20,000 nt of DNA from an uncultured virus (IMG/VR IMGVR_UViG_3300002122_000002) (IMGVR_UViG_3300002122_000002); one strand, 5' to 3'; numbered from the stretch's first letter, positions 1 through 8,623 are shown. The notes: a model not told the origin generated them from the letters alone. Program-made: numbers and translations.

Positions 1-2
1 CC

Positions 3-524
3 ATACGAGTAGAATATGCCTTAGATACGGGCAGCTTCGTAGAGTGGGATACAATTACGTCTGATGGTGAACATCTTCTATACTTACCGCAGAATAAGAA
101 GACGGAAGAATTTAAATACATCCGACTACGGTTTACTTTCGTAACTGCTACCGCCACTGAAACGCCTGTACTAGAAGGTTTCGCAATGATGGTTATGATG
201 CGCCCAGACTTCTTAATGGGATACTCATTCAGCATCATCGGCGGTACCAATACTACTTCAGGAATGTTTGAAGACGAACGAACCGGCTGGAGCATAATGC
301 AGGACCTTAGAGCCGTTAGAGATCGCAAGGATACCATTTCTCTTATTACTCCTTTTGGGGACGAAGTTCACGGGTACCTAACATCCATAACAGAAGAAGC
401 CCTAGAATGGGAGCCAGAAGACTATGAGGGTGGCAAAGTCAATATCCTGCAGATTATTCACTGCAACTTTGCTGAATCTATGCAGGTAGCGGGAACGGAG
501 TTAGATGCCTTCCCAGAGTTTTAA
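3..524 (+). CDS. C-terminal part of a virion structural/tail-associated protein (5' truncated by the window)
   Basis: The frame of ORF 186..524 is open back to position 3 (IRVEYALDTGSFVEWDT...YIRLRFTFVTATATETPVLEGF). It is beta-rich, precedes the tail genes and ends TAA TAA. Confidence 0.6.
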   Translation: MRVEYALDTGSFVEWDTITSDGEHLLYLPQNKKTEEFKYIRLRFTFVTATATETPVLEGFAMMVMMRPDFLMGYSFSIIGGTNTTSGMFEDERTGWSIMQDLRAVRDRKDTISLITPFGDEVHGYLTSITEEALEWEPEDYEGGKVNILQIIHCNFAESMQVAGTELDAFPEF

Positions 525-527
525 TAA

Positions 528-1169
528 ATGCCGCCGGTAGGGAAGAAGCCGCAGTATTTTAGGGTAAAGAAATGGTTGCCCCAGAACCGGGTGCAACAGC
601 AACGAATTCCTTTACCAAAGCTCGCCTATCGCCCGATCAGGATGAAGCGCCGCGACGTAGTTATGCGTGGCAGACTTAAGATGAGACCGGAATGGTTTAC
701 ACTGCATCGCAGATTCTTTCCGGGGGATAGAATTAATCTTCAGAACGACCCCCTGGAAGCGCGGGCTATGCCGAAATGGATGGTTAAGGGGTATCTTGAG
801 GAACGTATAATCTACAAAGAACTATTGAAGCGCCGGTTTGTGCCGGGCATCGACTTCACCTTTCAGTCTTCTGCTGAAGGGGGAAGGACGGAATTGGGCG
901 GAATCGTTGTAGACTTTCTGCTAGAGTTTCATCGCCTGATAATCCAGGTAGATGGTCCAACACACCAAACTGTCATTGGACGCGCGAGAGATAGAGAGCA
1001 GGCCGGCATTCTGGCTTCTATGGGATTTACGGTACTAAGCATTAATACAAACTTAATACACGATGCCGGTCGGCTAGAAGACTGGTTTCGTCAGCACGTT
1101 GATCCCGGGGTTGTGGACATTGGTGATCCTTTTGACACCTATGTCGATGAGGTAATTGCTTATGGCTAG
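528..1169 (+). CDS. DUF559/Vsr-like (PD-(D/E)XK-fold) endonuclease with basic N-terminal extension
   Basis: VVDFLL-x5-IIQVDGPTH...RDREQAGILASMGFTVLSI matches the DUF559 pattern (DF...EvDG..H...RD..L...G..VLr); R/K-rich first ~65 aa. Confidence 0.75.
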   Translation: MPPVGKKPQYFRVKKWLPQNRVQQQRIPLPKLAYRPIRMKRRDVVMRGRLKMRPEWFTLHRRFFPGDRINLQNDPLEARAMPKWMVKGYLEERIIYKELLKRRFVPGIDFTFQSSAEGGRTELGGIVVDFLLEFHRLIIQVDGPTHQTVIGRARDREQAGILASMGFTVLSINTNLIHDAGRLEDWFRQHVDPGVVDIGDPFDTYVDEVIAYG

Positions 1170-1632
1170 TGGACTGACTAACAGAGGAAAAATCAGACTG
1201 TTGGAAATGGCGTTCCGCAATACTAAGGATACCGCCGCTGTTGACACGTCTCCTTTGTTTATTGCTCTAGTAACCAGCGCGGCCTCTTTGAGTGCCGAGA
1301 CCACTACTTTCGACACTACCGTAGAGATTGCTGCTGGTAATGGATATGCCACTGGTGGCCTTGACCTTGACCGGGATACTATCGATTGGGACACATTAGC
1401 AATTTCGACGGCAACCGCCTATGGCTATATCCGTCTGAAGGATATTGTGTGGACGGCATCCGGTGGGTCAATCCCAACCTCGGGTAACGGCGCTGCCTAT
1501 GCTATCATTACTGATGACAACGCAACCGTGGGAAGCAGACAGGTATATGCCTGGATTGATCTAACAACCGCTCGAACTATTGGCAATGGGGCAACTCTGA
1601 CACTACAAGATATTGAAATCAGGTTGACTTAA
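1162..1632 (+). CDS. Phage tail-fibre-associated structural protein
   Basis: ATG at 1162 after GAGGT; LFIAL...EIAAGNGYATGG...DIVWTASGGSI...TIGNGATLTL pattern typical of small tail-fibre base proteins; tail context. Confidence 0.6.
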   Translation: MASGLTNRGKIRLLEMAFRNTKDTAAVDTSPLFIALVTSAASLSAETTTFDTTVEIAAGNGYATGGLDLDRDTIDWDTLAISTATAYGYIRLKDIVWTASGGSIPTSGNGAAYAIITDDNATVGSRQVYAWIDLTTARTIGNGATLTLQDIEIRLT

Positions 1633-2487
1633 ATGGCCGATCCAGCATTTGCTAATTATAGCACACAAAGCTGGCAGGGGTACGGCGGTGCTAACTTTGC
1701 TCATAGTGTAGGAACAACTGACTATAGAATTCTCATTGTCTATTATGAGAGTTCGGATTGGGTCAACATAGCATTAACTACAGCTACTTATGCTGGTGTA
1801 GCAATGACACTGCAGTTTTCGGGAATCACAAACTATGGTGGTACTCGACCAAGCGCAATAGCAGTATTTTATCTGGTTTCTCCAACTAGTGGGGAAAATA
1901 CTGTAATAGTTAACACCAATGGCGGAAACTCAACTGGCCGACATTCTGCTGCTGCAGTTACTTATACTGGGGCTAGTACAGATTCTTCTAATGTATTTAA
2001 GAGTGGACAAGAGAAAAGTACAGCCTTTGCAGATAACTCTACTGCATCTTTTTCACACTCACCAACTGCCGATGATAGTAGTCTAGTTGTAAATGCCTGG
2101 GCCACTATTTGGGCAAGCGGTCATGATGGTCGGGAGGCTGGGCAAACAGAAAGATTAGAGATTGGGGATGGTGGGGCGGGCGGTCTCTCTGTTACCGATA
2201 GAGACGGCACAGCGGCGGCAGTTACTGTATCGGGTAGCGATGGGTCTAGTGATGATGGAATTGCAGCATATTCCTGGTCGCACGTACTTCTTCCTCCGCA
2301 AAATGTAACGGTGGATGCTAGTGCTGTGCCCGCGTCCGTAGCGACTGCCGCGGCTATTGGGGCTGTAGATGATGGGAACATTGGAATCAATGCAGATTTC
2401 CTTCGGGGGACTTTGAGTGTCACTATAGGAAGCATTACTGAAAGACCGCCCATTGAGGCGGATATGGTCGTGAGGAACATAACATAA
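1633..2487 (+). CDS. Putative tail fibre/adhesin protein (beta-sandwich), paralog A
   Basis: G/S/T/A-rich; N-terminal domain aligns with 3890..4828 (HSVGTTDYRILIVY..TYAGVAMT..VFYLVSPTSGENTV vs HTVAVQNNRILLVY..DYNGDAMT..VWYLLAPDTGTNTV). Confidence 0.6.
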   Translation: MADPAFANYSTQSWQGYGGANFAHSVGTTDYRILIVYYESSDWVNIALTTATYAGVAMTLQFSGITNYGGTRPSAIAVFYLVSPTSGENTVIVNTNGGNSTGRHSAAAVTYTGASTDSSNVFKSGQEKSTAFADNSTASFSHSPTADDSSLVVNAWATIWASGHDGREAGQTERLEIGDGGAGGLSVTDRDGTAAAVTVSGSDGSSDDGIAAYSWSHVLLPPQNVTVDASAVPASVATAAAIGAVDDGNIGINADFLRGTLSVTIGSITERPPIEADMVVRNIT

Positions 2488-2838
2488 ATGCCAACTTCAC
2501 AAGGCAACATCGGTGTTATTAGAGGCGTGGCTGTAGGAAGCTATGGTCAAACCATTTTAGTTACGCTCAAGGACTTTGACGGGGTAGCGCAGAACCTGTC
2601 TGCTTATACTGGTACCCGGTCGGCTATTGCTTTGTCTCCGGACGGGGGCAAACGAGTTACTGCGACTGTATCATTTAGTACTGATGGCACAGATGGAATC
2701 ATATCTTGGACTTGGGCCGCTGGAGACATAGATCGGCCCGGAGATTGGCAAGTCCAGGTTACATTGAATTCGGGTTCTGCCCGAATTAAGACTTATATTG
2801 CACAAATGCCAGTGATACCGGCGTTGGCGGAGGACTAA
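2488..2838 (+). CDS. BppU N-terminal-like Ig-fold adaptor protein
   Basis: GQTILVTLKDFDGVAQNLSAYT...DGTDGIISWTWAAGDIDRPGDWQVQV resembles BppU_N-type domains. Confidence 0.55.
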   Translation: MPTSQGNIGVIRGVAVGSYGQTILVTLKDFDGVAQNLSAYTGTRSAIALSPDGGKRVTATVSFSTDGTDGIISWTWAAGDIDRPGDWQVQVTLNSGSARIKTYIAQMPVIPALAED

Positions 2839-2840
2839 CT

Positions 2841-3452
2841 ATGAACAGCACTATTGGACTGAAAGGAAGTCTTACTTGTAGGAAATTTAAGACCCATAGC
2901 ATGGCTCCCTTTTCTTGGAAACTTAGAAATATTCTACGCTGGGCATACCTCCGCGGAGAAATTGCTTGGTATATCGGGCGGCCAATTGCTAAGGCACTTG
3001 GTCTAGTGTCTGTGATTGGTGAACTTCGGGCAATACACATTCGCAGAGATGGTACAACTGTTGACTATGGGCTACTGGGACGACGTAGCGTAACTACAGC
3101 ATTTTGTGCATTTGCTGTGGATCAGCTACAGACAGAAACCTCCGTATGGGGGGACTTCAAGTTCCACGACTCTGGCGTGGGTACGACCGCTGAGAACGTG
3201 GCTAACACCGATATGGAAACCACAGATGGCGAGTCCCGGGCAACTGGTACCCAGACCGAAGGTACTAGCGTTGAATACAAGAGCGTGGGCACAATCTCCT
3301 ACACCACGACCAAGGCGATCACAGAGCACGGGTTGTTCAATGCGTCCACAGGTGTCACGCTGCTTGATCGCACGGTGTTCACCGCGCTTAACGTAGTTAA
3401 CGGGGACAGCATTCAGTTCACATATACACTAACTTGGACCGCTGGTGGCTAA
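2841..3452 (+). CDS. Tail-fibre/collar-associated structural protein
   Basis: GGAGG SD; GVGTTAENVANTDM...AITEHGLFNASTGVTLLDRTVFTALNVVNGDSIQFTYTLT resembles the tail-collar fibre-type motif (ItEaGLf...l..r.vF...n...gd.l..ty). Confidence 0.6.
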   Translation: MNSTIGLKGSLTCRKFKTHSMAPFSWKLRNILRWAYLRGEIAWYIGRPIAKALGLVSVIGELRAIHIRRDGTTVDYGLLGRRSVTTAFCAFAVDQLQTETSVWGDFKFHDSGVGTTAENVANTDMETTDGESRATGTQTEGTSVEYKSVGTISYTTTKAITEHGLFNASTGVTLLDRTVFTALNVVNGDSIQFTYTLTWTAGG

Positions 3453-3903
3453 TCACTTTACATATAAGGATAGTGTGGCGCGCTTACGCCGATGGTCTTT
3501 GGATAATCCTACACTTATTGAGGCAGTAGAAAAGTTTGGAACTGGGGATGCAGGACCCTGGCTGCTGTTAGATGGTCGCTGGCTGACCTGCCCTATGCCT
3601 CACCATGTTGTTGGTGATCCACACAAGTTCATGGAAAAGACAGGATCAATACGATGGTTCTTAGCGGTNGATAAGAGTTTTGCGGCAGTAGAGTTCATAG
3701 GACCGCCGACAGTATCTCAGATCATTCAACTGAATGGTGTACTGCCATACTATCGAACCGAGGTTGACTTAACCTATTATAGTCTACATACAGAGTTGGC
3801 TAGACTATTAGATACGACGATACTAGATCATCCCGCGCTTGGGGACTTAAATGACTTCTGGGTGTGGGTAGAGCGAGGGTTTAACATTTATGCCAACTTT
3901 TGA
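3445..3903 (+). CDS. Hypothetical protein (152 aa)
   Basis: GTG start overlaps the upstream stop and the end overlaps the next ATG, filling the gap exactly; globular composition unlike its neighbours. Confidence 0.7.
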   Translation: MANHFTYKDSVARLRRWSLDNPTLIEAVEKFGTGDAGPWLLLDGRWLTCPMPHHVVGDPHKFMEKTGSIRWFLAXDKSFAAVEFIGPPTVSQIIQLNGVLPYYRTEVDLTYYSLHTELARLLDTTILDHPALGDLNDFWVWVERGFNIYANF

Positions 3904-4828
3904 TGCTGCGGCTTCTGGTGGCCACGATGTTGGATTAACTTGGTCTCATACGGTAGCCGTTCAGAATAACCGTATTCTTCTTGTATATCTTATTGACAAT
4001 GATGGCTCGGGCGCGGCAACTAGTGTTGATTATAATGGCGACGCGATGACTCGTATACTCACGGCTGATTTTAGCTTTGAGAGTATTGATGTTTGGTATT
4101 TACTTGCCCCGGATACTGGAACAAATACGGTAACAGTTGTTGCAGGTAACTGGAATGGGAGCGCGCGAGGTTTTGTTTCCTTAAGCTATTATGGGGTAAA
4201 CCAAACTACTCCATATTCAGATAGTGATAGTACAAATGGTCCTACTTCTCTGACCACTACCTTAACTACCAATTCAACGGATATGTGTGTAAAAGTATAT
4301 GGTCAAAGTGATAACGTTAATCAGTGGAATGAAGCTGCTCATGGTNCGGGCGAAACNGCTCGCGTGCACACNCACACTGACCCAGGAAACCCTACAGGCN
4401 CCGCTTCTCTAGAAATAGTAGCATCAGAAAAGGCATCAACCACAACATCTACAGCTATGACTACGACTGTTGGACAAGATAGTGCCAACCAAGTAGTTAT
4501 ATCATTAGTGAAAGATATAATAGCCCAGGCTGCAGCAGGTGCTATCTCGTTTACTGGTACAGTTGTAAAGTCAACCAGCAAGGTAGTAGCCGGTGCACAA
4601 ACTTTCACGGGAGTAATCACTAAAGCTATTACTCGAAGCTTTACTGGTGCTATCACATTTACAGGTGCTCTGGTACGCCAAGCTAATAAAGTAATAGCGG
4701 GAGCCATCAGTTTTATAGGTGCTCTTGTTCGACTAAGAAATACGGAAGATATCCCTAGCGTCTATCTGGATGTTAGCATAAGCGCCGACGCGGTGGCTAG
4801 GGTCCAGCCCATCAATGAGGATGATTAA
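3890..4828 (+). CDS. Putative tail fibre/adhesin protein, paralog B, with C-terminal 18-aa repeats
   Basis: Homologous N-terminal domain to 1633..2487; T/S-rich; four 18-aa repeats. Confidence 0.6.
   Translation: MPTFDAAASGGHDVGLTWSHTVAVQNNRILLVYLIDNDGSGAATSVDYNGDAMTRILTADFSFESIDVWYLLAPDTGTNTVTVVAGNWNGSARGFVSLSYYGVNQTTPYSDSDSTNGPTSLTTTLTTNSTDMCVKVYGQSDNVNQWNEAAHGXGEXARVHXHTDPGNPTGXASLEIVASEKASTTTSTAMTTTVGQDSANQVVISLVKDIIAQAAAGAISFTGTVVKSTSKVVAGAQTFTGVITKAITRSFTGAITFTGALVRQANKVIAGAISFIGALVRLRNTEDIPSVYLDVSISADAVARVQPINEDD
4535..4735 (+). repeat. Degenerate 54-nt/18-aa coding repeat, about 4 copies
   Basis: AGAISFTGTVVKSTSKVV / AGAQTFTGVITKAITRSF / TGAITFTGALVRQANKVI / AGAISFIGALVRL. Confidence 0.85.
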
Positions 4829-5532
4829 TGGACATACAAATTCTTGATGCAAGATATTGGAACGGAGCGATCCCGCCGGGCTATGAATACATCAAGGGGT
4901 ACATCGCTAAGGTATCCGATGGGGATTACTTTACCAGTCCAAATTTTGCCAACCAATACCGCGCCGCCGAAGAGTTGTTTGGAATGGCCCGTAGCGCGTG
5001 GTCCTTCTTTAAAGGGGTCAGTGACCCAGTTAAGGCAGCAAAACGCTACCACGACGCAATGGTGGCCTCTGGGGGCTATGGTGGCATACCTCCGATACTG
5101 GATATAGAAGATCGGTTTGCGGTTAAAGGCAAAGTAACAGTAGATAAGGCTTGGGTGCAGCTTCAGGAAATGGAGCAGCTTTCAGGCAGAGAAGTTATGG
5201 TATATAGCGCCGGGTGGTACTGGGACAGTTGGTGTTCTCCGTTCGTACCTCTATCACACTCTATCTATACTCGGGACTTGTGGGAATCGGACCCCGCGCC
5301 GGATACTCCGATCAGGGGATGGCCCAATGGTGGGATTATGGTTCAGACAATTCTGGACTGGCGCGCGCCGGGATTCATTGACACTGCCGGAAATCCTGGA
5401 CTCATAGACATCAGTGATGTATCCGAAGAGGTGTTTAATACGTGGGTGGGGCCGGTGGCTCCTCCCGTACAAACTAAAACTATTACGTTATCTTTGTCCG
5501 CTTACGAGGAACTTAAAAGGGCGCTACAATGA
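4828..5532 (+). CDS. Endolysin, GH25-like muramidase
   Basis: ILDARYWNG (first Asp), AKVSDG, AWSFF, PPILDIED (DxE catalytic motif), MVYSAGWYW, DLW; located at the end of the tail module. Confidence 0.8.
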   Translation: MDIQILDARYWNGAIPPGYEYIKGYIAKVSDGDYFTSPNFANQYRAAEELFGMARSAWSFFKGVSDPVKAAKRYHDAMVASGGYGGIPPILDIEDRFAVKGKVTVDKAWVQLQEMEQLSGREVMVYSAGWYWDSWCSPFVPLSHSIYTRDLWESDPAPDTPIRGWPNGGIMVQTILDWRAPGFIDTAGNPGLIDISDVSEEVFNTWVGPVAPPVQTKTITLSLSAYEELKRALQ

Positions 5533-5642
5533 ACAAGTCATCAGAACCAAAACTAACGAACGCGCAAGTCCTAGTACAACTATGGGCTGGCATTTTTATT
5601 GCCTATGTCGCGTGGCGAATCATAGAGGTTATTTTGAAATGA
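5529..5642 (+). CDS. 37-aa single-TM protein (lysis accessory/holin-like); not in ORF track
   Basis: MNKSSEPKLTNAQVLVQLWAGIFIAYVAWRIIEVILK*; ATGA overlaps with both the endolysin stop and the next start. Confidence 0.75.
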   Translation: MNKSSEPKLTNAQVLVQLWAGIFIAYVAWRIIEVILK

Positions 5643-5788
5643 GCGCAAAATATTGGATAGCACTGTTTGCAATTGCTGTGATCGGTGGACTTGAGGCTTA
5701 TGCTTTGTCTCAAGGGATTGATGGTACCTTGTTTAGTACCGCCGCCGCGGGTATCGGCGGCATCGCGGGTTACGTTTTAAAGAAGTAA
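5639..5788 (+). CDS. 49-aa two-TM membrane protein (holin-like)
   Basis: MSAKYWIALFAIAVIGGLEAYALSQGIDGTLFSTAAAGIGGIAGYVLKK*; ATGA overlap, GAGGT upstream; this is the real part of track ORF 5414..5788. Confidence 0.75.
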   Translation: MSAKYWIALFAIAVIGGLEAYALSQGIDGTLFSTAAAGIGGIAGYVLKK

Positions 5789-5805
5789 TCCATACACATG
5801 AAATG

Positions 5806-5842
5806 AAAAGGCCCACTTCATTCAAGGTGGGCCTTTTGTTTT
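5806..5842. terminator. Bidirectional intrinsic terminator between the convergent arms
   Basis: AAAAGGCCCAC (5806-5816) / GTGGGCCTTTT (5827-5837) followed by GTTTT; A-run on the other side. Confidence 0.9.
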
Positions 5843-5859
5843 CCGGGGAGGCCAGTTAC

Positions 5860-6717
5860 CTACAATGAGTTGCGCTTGGCACTAAAGTAAGGTAACAAAA
5901 TCTTGTAGATTCCTTCTAGGTCCATTACATCTCGATCATTATGGTCGAGAACATAACCGAGCGCCGCCGGTTCGCCTAGACGTGCGCGATTCCATATCTC
6001 CATATTCACATGGTTCTTATAGGTATTTTCCTTCAGCAAGAATGCCCCTACTGCGGCCTGACTCTTGCGGTGAGTCTTCAATAACTTGCGGGCCTTGTAG
6101 AACATATCGACATGGTGCTTCTGCCCAAAAGTTGGGAAGGGTAGCCCCCACCATAAACATCTGGATAACATATATGGAACGTCTGTCTTGGTTGAATAAT
6201 ATCCAACCAGAGTATCTATGTCTTCGATTTCTTCTAGAAACTCTTCACAAAGACGACGATCCAGTTTGTCGTAGTTAATTGCTTCGTCTCGGGTGATTAC
6301 GCTGTGCACGATTGCTCCATCTAGATACTTGATACTCCAGCTAAGAAGAAAACCGAAGTCAGCGTCAAAGTTATAGAACTCCAAATCGAAGAACGCTACG
6401 CGCTCATCCCGAAGCCATGCATTGTTACCAGCACCGGCCAACACTTCCGCGCGAGCTTTTAGGGCATCGATGGTGTAGCCCGGGAAAGCGGGTAGCATTT
6501 GTATATAAGTGTTACCGGCAATCCTCGCTCGAAGGATTCGAATGTCATCGCCCAATTGTCCATTCTCATCCTGCTCTGCCCGCCAAAATGCGCTCTCGCA
6601 ACTCTTAGCGGTTTCTCCTAGCTCTTCTCCTACAGCAACCCAATTGATTCCTAGTGATCCAACGTTACGGGCCGCGGCGGTTACTAAGAGTGTCCGCTTT
6701 TCTTTCCATTTATTCAT
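5860..6717 (-). CDS. DnaQ-superfamily 3'-5' exonuclease (RNase_H_2/YprB-like) with N-terminal HTH/Myb-like segments
   Basis: AFFDLEF, LVGYYSTKTDVPY, HVDMF, HNDRDV motifs; N-terminal INWVAVGEELGETAKSCESAF. Confidence 0.8.
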   Translation of the reverse strand: MNKWKEKRTLLVTAAARNVGSLGINWVAVGEELGETAKSCESAFWRAEQDENGQLGDDIRILRARIAGNTYIQMLPAFPGYTIDALKARAEVLAGAGNNAWLRDERVAFFDLEFYNFDADFGFLLSWSIKYLDGAIVHSVITRDEAINYDKLDRRLCEEFLEEIEDIDTLVGYYSTKTDVPYMLSRCLWWGLPFPTFGQKHHVDMFYKARKLLKTHRKSQAAVGAFLLKENTYKNHVNMEIWNRARLGEPAALGYVLDHNDRDVMDLEGIYKILLPYFSAKRNSL

Positions 6718-6743
6718 TAGTATCCTCGTATATCGGATAAGTT

Positions 6744-6770
6744 GGGGGCGAGGTTTTAGGCCCCGCCCCC
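6744..6770 (-). terminator. GC-rich hairpin 3' of the holin-like gene (stabiliser or weak terminator)
   Basis: Minus strand GGGGGCGGGG-ccuaaaa-CCUCGCCCCC (10 bp incl. one G-U); only a poor U-tail (AACUUAU). Confidence 0.5.
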
Positions 6771-6777
6771 TATTTCC

Positions 6778-7131
6778 TTACTCCGGGCTCAAGTCCTCTG
6801 ATGAGAAACTTGCATCCGGGAACAGCCGGCTCAGGATCGGCTTAGCAAGATACTGATAACCATTAGCCGCGGCTGAGACCGCTAACACTGTGGCGTATAC
6901 GATCATACCCACTGGAATGAAGACCGGGAAGAAATACGCGGCCACCACCAGTGCGCCCTCAACGCCAGCAATTGCTAGGGCGATTCGGCCTGTAACCACC
7001 GGGTCATTCGCTACCCCCAAGACCTTTAGGGCCTGTGTGAGTGCGAAGATTCCCAGCGCCATAGCTCCGGCCAGGGCTACTACTGCATCGCCATCTACTT
7101 GTAGCGATGCCACCAACTCTGCTAGACTCAT
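6778..7131 (-). CDS. Three-TM membrane protein, holin-like
   Basis: AGGAGGT SD; three hydrophobic helices; LTQALK and AANGYQ resemble the LvqavK / asGlYd signatures of some holins. Confidence 0.55.
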   Translation of the reverse strand: MSLAELVASLQVDGDAVVALAGAMALGIFALTQALKVLGVANDPVVTGRIALAIAGVEGALVVAAYFFPVFIPVGMIVYATVLAVSAAANGYQYLAKPILSRLFPDASFSSEDLSPE

Positions 7132-7151
7132 AGTTTTACCTCCTATTTGTC

Positions 7152-7625
7152 TTAGCTACGGTCGTACCGATTCATAAGGACAGCCAGCACCCGAGCAGCA
7201 TTCCACGCATCATCCTCGGCATGGTGCTGGCTTCCATAGAATCTTCCAGTTGTAATCTCTGCCGCCGCTTTAAGTCTAATGGGGCGGTCGAGACCATATA
7301 ATGCGGCATACATTGGAGCGATGTCAATATGAAAGTAGCCGACGGGCATCGCTAACATCGCGTCTTCTGTCTGCCGCTTTAGCTCGTGGCGGTCGTTGGT
7401 TCCCCAACTCGCCCACATACGCTTCTCTGCACCCATGTTCTTTATCATTTCACATGCCTCGAACAGGGAGTGCTTTGGTGATTCCCCAAGTCGAATAAGA
7501 TGGTTCGACTCAGGCTTTGCTGCTAGATACTTACCTTCTTCTGTTTCGATTACTAGGGCTACTCCAATTTCCTTGATGTCGCCACTTTGACGATACTCTA
7601 GATCAAGGACGTAAATCGGCTGCAA
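7152..7625 (-). CDS. DEDDh 3'-5' exonuclease (ERI-1/KapD-like)
   Basis: VLDLEY, IKEIG, WASWGTND, HIDI, HHAEDDAWN; TTG start after GGAG. Confidence 0.85.
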   Translation of the reverse strand: MQPIYVLDLEYRQSGDIKEIGVALVIETEEGKYLAAKPESNHLIRLGESPKHSLFEACEMIKNMGAEKRMWASWGTNDRHELKRQTEDAMLAMPVGYFHIDIAPMYAALYGLDRPIRLKAAAEITTGRFYGSQHHAEDDAWNAARVLAVLMNRYDRS

Positions 7626-8184
7626 GTGTCTGATCTCCTTTGGTTAATCCAGCCGCATAGAGCGCAATCGCGAGCGCATCCGCAGCATTGTGGTTAATTT
7701 CCGGCCAGACTTCAAGCCCGCCCAGCTTCCCACTTCCAAGCGCCGCAGCGCGTATCGTAGCAGGGGGCGCAATAGCAACAGAAACCCCAGTGTAGTGTAA
7801 GCCAAGAACAAAGCCCATACGTATGTGAGCCAAATCCGGTTGTCCATACGGTTCATTAAACGCTGCTCCTTCAACTACCGCGGGTCCTTTCCCATGAAAG
7901 CGAGTGGGGTTGCTCATTAGTTCATACGCCGCAATCCCATATCGCCATTTCTCGTTTGGTTCTTCTTTGGGTAAGGCGCCCTGGAATATCCAGACCTCTC
8001 TCCCGTCTAGTGTAGCTATTCCGAAGTTCCTGCCCGGGTCTACCCCAACTCCTATCCACTTGCGCATTCCAGGAATCTTGGAGTAGGAAACCGTGACCTT
8101 AACTTCCCCCGAGGGGATTTGCCATACCTTCTCGCTAACGGTCTCAAACTTGAATTCGTCCAAGGCCAATGGTTTAGCTGTCAT
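7603..8184 (-). CDS. ruvC: RuvC-like Holliday junction resolvase
   Basis: GVDPG, VVEG, PATIR, HNAADALAIA catalytic motifs. Confidence 0.85.
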   Translation of the reverse strand: MTAKPLALDEFKFETVSEKVWQIPSGEVKVTVSYSKIPGMRKWIGVGVDPGRNFGIATLDGREVWIFQGALPKEEPNEKWRYGIAAYELMSNPTRFHGKGPAVVEGAAFNEPYGQPDLAHIRMGFVLGLHYTGVSVAIAPPATIRAAALGSGKLGGLEVWPEINHNAADALAIALYAAGLTKGDQTLAADLRP

Positions 8185-8623
8185 CCGCCAATCTTAGGAG
8201 TGCGGCAACCAACGCCATTTCTGCCTTAGAGACTCCAAGCTCTTCCATGATCGACACTACGTTCTTGTCAGCTTCGTAGTACGCTTCCTTGGTTGTGTTA
8301 CGTTCCTTCATAAGTTCTTGAAAGGCTGTATTCTCCTGAATCAAGAAGTTAGCAAGCATAGTACGATACTGTGCTTCATACTCCGGCATTGGGGTAGTGC
8401 CGTCAGCCAGCAATACCGGGTTTGGGTTCTGCCATTTGATCTCAGGATTCTGCTGTAGGTTGGTGTAGATAAACGCCTGTAGGTCTTGGAGCCGCTGCTC
8501 GGCATCCTCGTAGGCATACTTAGCCTCAGCTTGTTTTGTGCGCGCGATCTTGACATCCACAAGCAGGGTCTCGACGCGCTTCATCAGTTCCCCTGCACGA
8601 TTCTGCAATCCAGCTACATTCAT
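8174..8623 (-). CDS. Hypothetical coiled-coil protein
   Basis: Helical heptad-like composition; overlaps both neighbours; SD present. Confidence 0.7.
   Translation of the reverse strand: MNVAGLQNRAGELMKRVETLLVDVKIARTKQAEAKYAYEDAEQRLQDLQAFIYTNLQQNPEIKWQNPNPVLLADGTTPMPEYEAQYRTMLANFLIQENTAFQELMKERNTTKEAYYEADKNVVSIMEELGVSKAEMALVAALLRLADDS

Noticed and set aside
522..2490. Recurrent TAAATG stop-start junctions (525-530, 1630-1635, 2485-2490)
   Set aside because: Ordinary translational coupling in compact phage operons
4346..4400. DGR variable region
   Set aside because: Half of the ambiguous sites are silent third positions, and no template repeat or reverse transcriptase is in the window
5414..5788. 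124-aa ORF as listed in the track
   Set aside because: Better explained by the endolysin end plus two ATGA-coupled small genes (5529-5642, 5639-5788)
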